A DNA stretch of 64,000 nucleotides from NCBI GenBank assembly GCA_049322315.1, contig JBMORF010000042.1, forward strand, positions 40,915 through 104,914. The letters run 5' to 3'. This DNA is from Thermodesulfobacteriota bacterium (GTDB lineage Bacteria; Desulfobacterota; Desulfobaccia; Desulfobaccales; 0-14-0-80-60-11). The position numbers and the translations under genes are program-made. Positions 9,905-18,596 of this stretch are shown here, one piece after another (the stretch's first letter is position 1; the number at the start of each line of letters is the position of its first letter). The notes beneath the pieces are model-generated. The model worked only from the letters and a program-made list of their open reading frames with translations. It did no database searches and was not told the origin of the DNA.

Positions 9905-10897
9905 TTGAGGGAGCAAAGGGTGGGGAACGGAAGAGGACTTGACCCCGAGGAATGGGAGCGACGCCTGAGGGTCCGCTACCCGATGCTCCAATATTTCACT
10001 AACCGGCCCTTCGGGGTGGAGATTGAGACCTTCGGGTTGAAATATTCCATTTCCGTGGGTGACCGGGATGTGATTCCGCCTTATAAAATAACCAGCCGCG
10101 CTGCTGATGGCACCTTACTGCCCGGGGTATTCGAACGCCACGGCTTCACCTTGAACGGCTTTTCCCCGGATGAGCCCCGTTATGAAGCCTGGTCCTTCGT
10201 ATTGGACGAAAGCATCAAAGGCGCGGGAGGCAGCGAGCTGGTGAGCCCTATTTTATCAGGGCTTAAAGGGCTCGCCCAAGTATACGATGCCCTGCTGCTG
10301 CTGAAAGAATTCCCGGAGATACAGGTCAACGAAACTTGTGGCTTTCATATACACCACGGGGTGGATACTGAAAAGTTCGGTGACCGCCAGCTCTTCCAGT
10401 TGTTAAGAATAGTCTCCATTTTTGAAGGTTACATCTACCATCTGCTCCCGGAGGAACGCCGTCACGCGGAGGCCTGCCGCCCCCTGGAGATCGACCTTTA
10501 TGATTGGTATAGAAACGATAGCCGGCGTCGGAGCGCCCTGGTGCAGCAACTCTGGTATTCTCCGGAGAATCGCAACGACCCGCAATTGCCTCGGAACCGC
10601 AAGATCCATCCCACCCGCTATCATGGGCTCAATCTTCATTCCTACTGGTATCGGAAGACCATCGAGTTTCGTTATTTCCCGTCCCTACTGGACGAACCGG
10701 AAGAGTTGATGCAATGGATCATCTTCACCCAATTTCTGATAGAATGGAGCGAAGGTCGGCGGCCCCCGCTGGATTATATTCCCAAACCGAATAAGTGGAT
10801 GAATACTCTATATAAAATATACTTAGGCGCCGGGATGATGTCCCATATCCGCTTTCCCGGAAGCATCAGCCCCAGGAATGGAGTGGAAACACCATGA
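9905..10897 (+). CDS. Putative amidoligase (Amidoligase_2 / COOH-NH2 ligase fold); start uncertain
   Basis: FGVEIET, ELVSPIL, TCGFHIH, RYHGLNL, TIEFR motifs. Confidence 0.8.
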   Translation: MREQRVGNGRGLDPEEWERRLRVRYPMLQYFTNRPFGVEIETFGLKYSISVGDRDVIPPYKITSRAADGTLLPGVFERHGFTLNGFSPDEPRYEAWSFVLDESIKGAGGSELVSPILSGLKGLAQVYDALLLLKEFPEIQVNETCGFHIHHGVDTEKFGDRQLFQLLRIVSIFEGYIYHLLPEERRHAEACRPLEIDLYDWYRNDSRRRSALVQQLWYSPENRNDPQLPRNRKIHPTRYHGLNLHSYWYRKTIEFRYFPSLLDEPEELMQWIIFTQFLIEWSEGRRPPLDYIPKPNKWMNTLYKIYLGAGMMSHIRFPGSISPRNGVETP

Positions 10898-11253
10898 CGT
10901 ATTACGGTTTGCAGACCAGTGATTTTTTAGAACGGTTGCAGAAGTTTGAGCAAGAACTGCCCCTCTTATTAGTGGAGATGTCCCAAGTGCTTCGGCAAAT
11001 GATCGCAGAGATCGAGCGGCCGCAACTGGGAGATGTCCAGAAGATGCAGGGAGAGCTGCTGCTGAAGGTGCATGACTCGGAGCATTTAATCGCCGCCTGC
11101 GGCACCGAAGGCAAACTCTGCGCGCACTGCCCTTTTGGGGCTTATTTACCCACCGGCTTTTCCTATGCCTCTCCAGCGCAGCCCCTTTGCCTGCCCTGGA
11201 TTGTCCTGACTCAGCCCATAAGCCAACAACAAGCAGAGAGCCGCCGGAATTAA
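10894..11253 (+). CDS. Hypothetical protein with a Cys-rich C-terminal half, translationally coupled to the amidoligase
   Basis: ATGA overlap; helical N-terminus, then C-x6-CxxCP and a further Cys. Confidence 0.6.
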   Translation: MTYYGLQTSDFLERLQKFEQELPLLLVEMSQVLRQMIAEIERPQLGDVQKMQGELLLKVHDSEHLIAACGTEGKLCAHCPFGAYLPTGFSYASPAQPLCLPWIVLTQPISQQQAESRRN

Positions 11254-11293
11254 GTAAATTGCCTTTTGGCGGGGGATTTTGGCCGCTGGCTCT

Positions 11294-11653
11294 TCAGCGG
11301 CCGGGGGAGCCTTCCAAAAAGTTGTGCAGCTCTTCCAGTATCTGGGGGGCCTTTTCCGGGGACAAGTCCCAGAGAACCAGGTACATGGCCCCCATAACGC
11401 CGTCACCCCAGGAACAACTGCATTTGACGGTGGGCTCCAGTTTTGGAGGGCCCAGGACCTCGGTCAGCCGGGCGATGAACTCCCGGCCCCCGGCTGACGC
11501 AGGGATGTTCAGGGAAATTTGATCGGCGTAAAGTGTCAGGGTAAATTCCGCTTCTTCAGCTGCGGCCGGTCCGGCGGCAGTCCGGGCCCGTCCTTCCACC
11601 TGGGACACCCGCCGCCCTTTCTCCCAGTTGTCCAGCACTATTTCCATGTTCAT
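11294..11653 (-). CDS. Hypothetical protein, paralog of 12760-13158
   Basis: ORF with an upstream purine-rich RBS; ungapped similarity to the 12760-13158 product. Confidence 0.75.
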   Translation of the reverse strand: MNMEIVLDNWEKGRRVSQVEGRARTAAGPAAAEEAEFTLTLYADQISLNIPASAGGREFIARLTEVLGPPKLEPTVKCSCSWGDGVMGAMYLVLWDLSPEKAPQILEELHNFLEGSPGR

Positions 11654-11770
11654 TAAACTATCTCTTCACCTATCTAGTAATAGTTACCAATTGCCAATAT
11701 ATTCAATTTTTTTCTGGTCACTGGTCACTGATCACTGATCGCTAATAGCCCCTGGCGCCTGACCCCTGCT

Positions 11771-12763
11771 CTACCTCATCTCCCGCAAGCGCTCCGCAAA
11801 GCCGGGAAGGACCAGGGCCTCTTGGGTGCGCCCCAGACCTAGGAGGGCGAAGCCTTTGCCCATCACCGCCTCTTCCAGGTTGGGGGCGACTTTGAGGATC
11901 TTGTCAAAGCACTCCAGGGCCTCATGGTAATGCTGCAGTTCGGTGAGGGTGGCGCCTTTATAAACCAGGGCCTCGAAATTGGCCGGGTCCGCCATCAGGG
12001 CCATATTGTAGCATTCCAGGGCCCGGTCCGGCTGGCCCGAGTCCCCCAGGATGCGGGCCGCGTCCAGGTAAGGTTTGATCTTGTCATCTTCCCGGCTTTT
12101 TCGGGTCTCCAGATAGGCGTTGAGCACCCAGGCGCCGCCGTCGTTAAGAGCTGGCATGCCGTGGCCCGACAAGAGGAAATCCACCGGGTAGGGGAGGAGG
12201 CGACCCAGGGAGGCGATGAGGTCCTTCATATCTCCCAGCTTCTGGTCGGCGTCCGCCAGAATGTTTTCCGTGGGCGGGGAGACAAAGACCAGGTCCCCGC
12301 AAAAGAGAATCCGGTTGTGGTGCTCGTAAAGGCAGATGTCCCCCCCGGTATGACCGGGGGTGGAGATCACTTCCAGGAGGTGGGGGCCGGCCTCGAACTT
12401 CTCGCCGCCCCGGAGCAGCACCACCTTATCTATCCGGCCGGCCTTTTCCATGATTTTCATGAGGGGGACGCTCTGGAAATTGATGCGGCCCAGAGTGTCC
12501 CTGTGGGCCAGAACCTGGGGGTTGCACCAGTCAAAGAGTTCCCCCATGCCGCCTATGTGGTCGAAATGGCAATGGGTGAGAAAGAGGCGCTCCATGCGGG
12601 AAATGTCGAACTCATCGCTCAGTTCGTGGAGCAGGCCATAATAATTACCGGCGTCAATCATGGTGCGGCCTTCATCCAGGACGTAAACATTGCAGCTCAT
12701 ACCCGTTTCCTGAACCCACCAGATACCTTCCAGCCGGGGATCGTATTCAGTCAAATGGATCAT
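11771..12763 (-). CDS. Metallo-beta-lactamase-fold hydrolase with C-terminal TPR repeats
   Basis: THCHFDHIGG, TPGHT, LFCGD, SGHG motifs; TPR-like ALECY / KGATL / KGFAL helices. Confidence 0.9.
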   Translation of the reverse strand: MIHLTEYDPRLEGIWWVQETGMSCNVYVLDEGRTMIDAGNYYGLLHELSDEFDISRMERLFLTHCHFDHIGGMGELFDWCNPQVLAHRDTLGRINFQSVPLMKIMEKAGRIDKVVLLRGGEKFEAGPHLLEVISTPGHTGGDICLYEHHNRILFCGDLVFVSPPTENILADADQKLGDMKDLIASLGRLLPYPVDFLLSGHGMPALNDGGAWVLNAYLETRKSREDDKIKPYLDAARILGDSGQPDRALECYNMALMADPANFEALVYKGATLTELQHYHEALECFDKILKVAPNLEEAVMGKGFALLGLGRTQEALVLPGFAERLREMR

Positions 12764-13158
12764 GGTTCCTCCGCAACGCCGGGAGTAACGGCCGCCGCGC
12801 CGGTCAAAGGGTAATCAAAAATGTTGCTCAAACGCCGGATCATCTCCGGTCTCAGATCGGGCAGGAAATGGTATTCCACCAGTAACAGGGCCCCTTCTTC
12901 TTCATCCTGGCGGCCCCCCACCTGGATCCTGGGTCCCTCCTCCGGCGGACCCCAAAGACCGGCCAGAAAGGCAAGAAAGTTGTCGCCGTCAAAGTCCCGG
13001 CTGATTTCCAGGGAAAGAAAATCAGGCCCCAATACCAGGTAAAAGACCAGAGGATCGTGATAGGGCCGGGGATAAGGAGGAAGGATGTGACCGTCCACAA
13101 TCAGACGCCGGGAGCGGGCCTCCTGGCGCAGAATCTCGAATTTCCAGGTTCCTGCCAA
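12760..13158 (-). CDS. Hypothetical protein, paralog of 11294-11653 (re-called start at TTG 13158)
   Basis: AGGAAG precedes TTG GCA GGA ACC TGG; stop overlaps the start of the MBL gene. Confidence 0.7.
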   Translation of the reverse strand: MAGTWKFEILRQEARSRRLIVDGHILPPYPRPYHDPLVFYLVLGPDFLSLEISRDFDGDNFLAFLAGLWGPPEEGPRIQVGGRQDEEEGALLLVEYHFLPDLRPEMIRRLSNIFDYPLTGAAAVTPGVAEEP

Positions 13159-13229
13159 GTAAGACTTCCTAAGCTGTAATTGGGGGATTTTAACCGCTTT
13201 CCCGGCTGTTGTCAAACTCAAGGCCCGGC

Positions 13230-14159
13230 TCAGGCCGGTATCTTGGCCTGTAGCCAGTTGAGGGCGTAATCCTGGGCGGCCTGGGCTCCGGCAGCCGTCC
13301 AGAAGCCGGTGTGAGAGCCGCCGTCGATCCAATAAAGTTCAGCATTGGCAATAGTAGCCTTGGCGAACTCCCCGTGTCTGGGGGGCACGTCTTTGTCCGC
13401 GGCGCCGTGGAGGATGAGGGTCGGGCAGCTGATGGGAGCCAGGTTTAGTTGGGTGATGACCGCCATCTGCGCCAGGTCGTTGTGGACGCCATCCTGGCGT
13501 TCCTGAAAACGTTCGCTCATGGTGGCCATAAGCAGCTTGAGCATGGCGAACTTGCCTTCGTCCTGGAGGATTTCCTTGGCCCTGGCGGTGATTTCCTGGC
13601 GGTTCAAAGCGCTTTCGGTTTTCAGAAAGTTTTGAACCGTGGACTCCGGGAAATGGTCCATAAAGAAACGCAGCAGCCAGATGCCGGTTTTGCTTAAGAA
13701 AAGCTTCTCCTCCAGGGGGCTGACTTCGGGTTTATATTCCAGACAGACGGAATCGATTTCTACAAGACAAGTGACCCTATCCGGGTGCCGGGCCGCCAGG
13801 AGATAGCTGGGGGGGCCGCCCGCGGAAGCGCCAATGACCGGACATTTCCCGATATTCAGGGCGTCCAGGAGCGCGGCCAGGGCATCGGCCTGTTCTTCCG
13901 GGGTGCGTCCGGTGGCGATGGGAGTCCCCAGGTACCCGGGCCGGGAAGGAGCGATGATCTTAAAACCGTTGACCCGGAAGAATTCTCCCAATCCCAGCCC
14001 CTGGTCATAGCCGCCGGGACCGCCGTGCACCGCGAGTAAAGGCAAGCCCTCACCCCGCTCGGCGTATTCCATGGGACCGGCCGCGGTTTCCACCACCTGG
14101 GCGGGATAGGTCAGGCATTCTGTGATGTCAGCGGGCGTGGGATAGCGTCTCTCGCTCAT
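13230..14159 (-). CDS. Alpha/beta hydrolase
   Basis: VHGGPGG, GASAGG nucleophile elbow, PTLILHG..D..VP, GGSH; ATG at 14159 after GGAGG. Confidence 0.9.
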   Translation of the reverse strand: MSERRYPTPADITECLTYPAQVVETAAGPMEYAERGEGLPLLAVHGGPGGYDQGLGLGEFFRVNGFKIIAPSRPGYLGTPIATGRTPEEQADALAALLDALNIGKCPVIGASAGGPPSYLLAARHPDRVTCLVEIDSVCLEYKPEVSPLEEKLFLSKTGIWLLRFFMDHFPESTVQNFLKTESALNRQEITARAKEILQDEGKFAMLKLLMATMSERFQERQDGVHNDLAQMAVITQLNLAPISCPTLILHGAADKDVPPRHGEFAKATIANAELYWIDGGSHTGFWTAAGAQAAQDYALNWLQAKIPA

Positions 14160-14413
14160 CAGGACCTCCGGGTTTCTTGGTTTAACGAGGAATCTTAGCC
14201 GCTTCCCCAAAGTTTGTCAAATCAGGGGTCGAGTGGCTATTTCGGCTCTCTGTGAGGGACAATGTTCCGGAAAAAAATTAATTTACACATAAAAATGCGC
14301 CAGAGCACTTCCCTTCCATTTTTTTCCTCTTATATTTAGCTAAACTGATTTCATGTTGCCTCAGCGGCAAACCGGTTAAGAACCCGCAGTCATCATGGTG
14401 AGGCCTGGTTCCC

Positions 14414-14947
14414 ATGAAGAAATTCCTTAAGCCGGTTCTCTATGTCATTGTCGGTATCATCCTGGCATTCCCCCTTTTCAGCCTCACCTATTACACCATG
14501 GTCCGCACCTCCACCCCGCAGTTCTGCGCCTCCTGCCATGAAATTGAATATGCTTACAATACCTGGCGCACTTCCAGCCACACCAATAACCGGGAGGGTT
14601 TTGTGGCGGATTGCATGGACTGCCACCTCCCCGCGCCCCAAGATACCTACGATTTCTTCTACGCCAAAACCCTCCATGGGGTAAAAGACGTCGTCGCCCA
14701 TGTCCTGGGGGGCGCCTACGATCATGAGAAGAATCGCCAAAAAGCCTACGCTTCCATCAAAAACGACCAGTGCCTGAAGTGCCACCGCAATCTGCTTTAC
14801 CTGCCTTATAAGCGGGGGGCCATGCTGGCCCACCGCACTGTCCTTTATCCCCGGCCGGGTTATGAGAAAAGCTGTTTCCACTGCCATCGGAACCTGGTCC
14901 ACAATACTAAAGCCTACTATGATTACCGGGTATGCCAGGCAGAATGA
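14414..14947 (+). CDS. NapC/NirT-family membrane-anchored tetraheme cytochrome c (quinol dehydrogenase)
   Basis: N-terminal TM helix; four CxxCH motifs (CASCH, CMDCH, CLKCH, CFHCH); TSTPQFCASCHE. Confidence 0.9.
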   Translation: MKKFLKPVLYVIVGIILAFPLFSLTYYTMVRTSTPQFCASCHEIEYAYNTWRTSSHTNNREGFVADCMDCHLPAPQDTYDFFYAKTLHGVKDVVAHVLGGAYDHEKNRQKAYASIKNDQCLKCHRNLLYLPYKRGAMLAHRTVLYPRPGYEKSCFHCHRNLVHNTKAYYDYRVCQAE

Positions 14948-14998
14948 CGGCCCCGGGAGGCTCGGATTTTCCCATCGGCGGGCCAGGAGGTTAAGGCG

Positions 14999-16414
14999 GT
15001 GAAACGGAAGACAATGATCCTGTTGTCAGTGGTGGGGGTACTGGCCTTGTTGCCGGCGCCGGGGATGGCGGCCAAAGCCCAGAAGCAGGCGGGTGCGGTC
15101 AATCTCCCCAAGGTTAAGGAATTCCGCATCGAGCGCAGCATGTCCCAGGAGGCGGTGGCCTGCCTGGAATGCCACAAGCAGGAAACTCCGGGGCTTTTTG
15201 TGGATTGGGCCCGGAGCCGCCACGCCAGCGCCAATATCACCTGCCTGGACTGCCACCAGGCCGAGCCTTCCGAACCGGACGTGAGCCAGGAGCATTTTAA
15301 GCAGTATCAACGGGCCGATAATCCCTGGGGCAAGGCCCAATACCGGACGCCGGTGGCCGCAGTGGTTACTCCCAAGGATTGCTCCCGCTGCCACCCGGAT
15401 GAAGTGGCCCAATACGACAAGAGCAAGCATGCCCATACCATGGAGATTATCTGGAAGATCGATCCCTGGCTCAACGCCGGTTTGAACAGCGATATCCAGC
15501 GGGCCACGGGCTGCTACCATTGTCACGGCACCGTGCTGAAGATGAAGAACGGCAAGCTGGACCCCCTGACCTGGCCCAACGTGGGGGTGGGCCGGGTCAA
15601 TCTGGACGGCAGCCTGGGGAGTTGCAGCAGTTGCCACACCCGGCACCGTTTTGCGGTGATGGACGCCCGGAAGCCGGAGGCCTGCGGCTCCTGTCACCTG
15701 GGGCCGGACCATCCCCAGATCGAAATCTATAAGGAGTCCAAGCACGGCGACATCTACGACGCCTTCGGCCACGAATACAACTGGGAGGCCGCGCCCGGCG
15801 CCTGGACCCCGGGAGTGGACTACCGGGGCCCCACCTGCGCTTCCTGCCATATGTCCGGCGCGGGCAAGGTCTTGACCACCCACGACGTCACCGAGCGGCT
15901 CTCCTGGGAACTCCAGGCGCCCTTGACCATCCGCCCCGAGGATTTCCAGCCCTTCCCGGCCAAGACCAACTGGCAGGTGGAGCGCCAGAAGATGAAAGAA
16001 ATCTGCCTCCAGTGCCACGGCGACGCCTGGGTGGATGACCACTATGTCAAGCTGGACGATGTGGTCAAGACCTATAATGACGTTTACTTCAAGCCCATGA
16101 AGAAAAAGTTGGATGAGCTTTACGCCAAAAAGCTGATGGACCCCAAGGCCTTCTTTAGGGAGCCCCTCTACTTCGAATACTACGAACTCTGGCACCATGA
16201 GGGGCGCCGGGCCCGGATGGGCGCGGCCATGATGGCCCCGGACTACACCTGGTGGCACGGCTTCTACGAGTGCAAGAAGCGCTTTGTCCACTTCATGGAA
16301 AAAGCCGACGACCTCATCAAGCACAACCAGAAGGCCTACCAGGCCCCGGTCTTCCCGGGGGCGGGGGGCAGCACCCAGAAACCCCCGGAGATTTTCGGCA
16401 AAAAGAAGCAGTAA
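14999..16414 (+). CDS. Periplasmic octaheme cytochrome c of the hydroxylamine oxidoreductase (epsilon-Hao-like) family
   Basis: Signal peptide; eight CxxCH motifs; HTRHRF, CHLGPDHPQIEIYKESKHG, APDYTWWHG. Confidence 0.9.
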   Translation: MKRKTMILLSVVGVLALLPAPGMAAKAQKQAGAVNLPKVKEFRIERSMSQEAVACLECHKQETPGLFVDWARSRHASANITCLDCHQAEPSEPDVSQEHFKQYQRADNPWGKAQYRTPVAAVVTPKDCSRCHPDEVAQYDKSKHAHTMEIIWKIDPWLNAGLNSDIQRATGCYHCHGTVLKMKNGKLDPLTWPNVGVGRVNLDGSLGSCSSCHTRHRFAVMDARKPEACGSCHLGPDHPQIEIYKESKHGDIYDAFGHEYNWEAAPGAWTPGVDYRGPTCASCHMSGAGKVLTTHDVTERLSWELQAPLTIRPEDFQPFPAKTNWQVERQKMKEICLQCHGDAWVDDHYVKLDDVVKTYNDVYFKPMKKKLDELYAKKLMDPKAFFREPLYFEYYELWHHEGRRARMGAAMMAPDYTWWHGFYECKKRFVHFMEKADDLIKHNQKAYQAPVFPGAGGSTQKPPEIFGKKKQ

Positions 16415-16434
16415 GCCTAAAGGTTAATCCTTTT

Positions 16435-16472
16435 AAGGGGGGAAGGGCTGGTGACGGCCCTTCCCCTTTTTT
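16435..16472 (+). terminator. Rho-independent terminator after the octaheme gene
   Basis: ggggaagggc...gcccttcccc followed by tttttt. Confidence 0.75.
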
Positions 16473-16611
16473 GGGGAGTAGCCAGTAGCCAGTAGCCAGT
16501 TTTTTGCCGGCGCCAGGGGGGAGGCCGGACCGCCAGCAGTTGACGTCCGGCCTCCTGCTAAGGGTTATGGGTTAAGGTTTGAGGGAGATTACTTAACACC
16601 GGGCAGAAAGC

Positions 16612-17055
16612 CTATTGCCGGCGGCGGCCCTGGCCGGCCCAGGCGGGGATGCCGTTGGCGTCCCTTAAGGTGAGGACCTGGCTGCCCTTCTTCACGGTGG
16701 CGGCGATGATGGCCGGCTGGCCGCCCGAGGTGACCCGGGAGCCGGTGATCTCCAGGGTATCATTAGGGGCGAAGGTCATTTGCTGTTGGTCGAGATACTT
16801 TTTGGGACCCAGGCTCACGGCGATGGTTTCTTTGTCGGTCTTGACCGTGAGATGCACGCCTTGATAGCGGCCGCGGCCAGTGGATTTCACGGACACCACC
16901 TGGCCGGTGATGGTTTCCACGGTTTGGGGATTATAGAAGCGGCCTTTCCCGCCTTTCCCGCCTTGCCGTCCCAAGCCCTGCTGGGCGAACACACTTCCGG
17001 CCAGGGTCAGAGTCAAAATGCTGATGGCCACCACGGCCAAACGAATCTTTCTCAT
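16612..17055 (-). CDS. Exported small beta-barrel (OB-fold-like) protein, resembling the MamS/MamX-type domain
   Basis: Signal peptide; YNPQT..T..G.V, G.HL, V.LGP..YL, GSRV, LTLRD..G.P.W pattern; ATG at 17055 after GGAGG. Confidence 0.65.
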   Translation of the reverse strand: MRKIRLAVVAISILTLTLAGSVFAQQGLGRQGGKGGKGRFYNPQTVETITGQVVSVKSTGRGRYQGVHLTVKTDKETIAVSLGPKKYLDQQQMTFAPNDTLEITGSRVTSGGQPAIIAATVKKGSQVLTLRDANGIPAWAGQGRRRQ

Positions 17056-17162
17056 GCTTCCCTCCCTAATTTTCATTATCCTTTGAGGCCAAAGATATCG
17101 GCCTCCTTATGAAGATAAACCCGCCCCAGGCCCCAATCCGGCGCGGCGAGAAGAATTCCTTT

Positions 17163-17245
17163 AAGTCCCCCTTTCTTAAAGGGGGATTTAGGGGGATTTT
17201 AAATAGGTTAGCCAAATCCCCCCCGCCCCCTTTAAAAAAGGGGGA
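17163..17245. repeat. Poly-C/poly-G double-hairpin REP-like element, copy 1
   Basis: cccccttt-ctt-aaagggggatttagggggattt ... aaatccccccc...ccccctttaaaaaagggg; near-identical copies at 28331 and 55125. Confidence 0.85.
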
Positions 17246-17680
17246 GAAAATACCGGTTCCCAAAAGGCTGCCGCCTTGATTAACACCAGCAAGGGCATGA
17301 GGGATGTAATTGTGCCGCAACGTGGGAACCTGGGGGCCAATGGCGTTTAATTCAGTGCCGCAACAGGGGGTAGGGAGCCGCTTAATCCCGCTATTTTCCA
17401 GGTATTTCCCGGATAAACCGCCCCTAAGTTGCAGCACTGTGCCGCTACCATACCGCTTAGTGCCACCCAGCCGCCGCGGCGGAGAAGGCGAGATGCGCCT
17501 GGTCCCACCTGATCCCATTAAATTTTGCTCCCCAGGGAAATTTAGAGGAAAAGAGGGAGAAGGCCAGAAAGGATGGGATGATTGACACGGATTTAGGGGG
17601 ATGGGGGAAGAATGGGTAGTACAAGACTAGTTGGGACAAAATTTGTTTAAGTTTAAGAAATACGGTCAGTCGCTAAATTC

Positions 17681-18550
17681 CTACGCATAATGTTTAACGC
17701 TCAATGGGTTTTTGAGAAGCGGCTGTGTAATCGTGGGTCCAAAAAACATAATCTCCTTTCCTTCATAGCGTTCTGAGGCGCTATAGTTGAGGCCATAGGT
17801 AAGATGAGGTAAACCATCATAGGCCTCTCGAATTTGGGGTACGTTATTGTAGGAAACTACCCACGGCTTTCCTCCAATCGTTTTAAGGGCTTGGGCAAGG
17901 GCCAAGTGGTCATCATGTCGATAGTTATTCTCGTAGAGGGCCTGACCTTTGCGGTAGTATGGAGGGTCAAGATAAATAAAGGCACGCTCTTGGCAGGCCG
18001 CCACGACATTGGATAAAAAGTCGCGTGCATCCATACAGAAAAGCTGAATGCGGTGCCTGTAGCCAGCAATTCGTCTAATCTTCTCAATCAACCCAGCACG
18101 GTTGAAGCGTGCATCAATTTTCCATTTTCCAGTTTGCTTCTGCCCTCCAATAACTCCGCCTGTTATGATCCCAGAACGATTGGTCCGATTCAAGAATAGG
18201 ACCGCAAACCCCAAACCGATTGGTGAGGCCGCTGTTGGGTTGCGTAGAATCTCCTTCTGACTATGCCATTCTTCCATTGTCAGTGGGACCTCTGCCACTA
18301 GACTGCAAAGGTCCTCCGTGTGATTGAGGAGGGAATACCAGAAGGCATACACACCTGGATCAATGTCATTAAGGTATAGTACCCGGACGTACTCCTTCCG
18401 CAAGAGGTTAATTCCGGCACCTGCCCCTCCGGCAAACGGTTCTATATAGGTGCAGTCACTTATCTTGTTCTGCCTCAGTAGAAAGCTGAAGAAGCGTGCC
18501 AAACGACTTTTCCCGCCTGGATACCGCAAGGGTGTAGATGTGGTGGACAT
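17681..18550 (-). CDS. DNA adenine methyltransferase (Dam/D12 class, N6-adenine)
   Basis: LRYPGGK, EPFAGG (SAM binding), LNDID, YLDPPY (catalytic); low GC. Confidence 0.92.
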   Translation of the reverse strand: MSTTSTPLRYPGGKSRLARFFSFLLRQNKISDCTYIEPFAGGAGAGINLLRKEYVRVLYLNDIDPGVYAFWYSLLNHTEDLCSLVAEVPLTMEEWHSQKEILRNPTAASPIGLGFAVLFLNRTNRSGIITGGVIGGQKQTGKWKIDARFNRAGLIEKIRRIAGYRHRIQLFCMDARDFLSNVVAACQERAFIYLDPPYYRKGQALYENNYRHDDHLALAQALKTIGGKPWVVSYNNVPQIREAYDGLPHLTYGLNYSASERYEGKEIMFFGPTITQPLLKNPLSVKHYA

Positions 18551-18596
18551 AGTCTCCCCCGAGAGTAAGTCGCAAGCCTATAAAACCCAGCTTTTC

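Noticed and set aside
13159-13332. N-terminal extension of the 12760-13332 ORF
   Set aside because: Overlaps the hydrolase gene in another frame; a TTG with RBS at 13158 matches the paralog's length
17066-17639. ORFs of 150, 91 and 60 aa
   Set aside because: Low-complexity products with no motifs; the 150-aa ORF also reads through the poly-C/G palindrome
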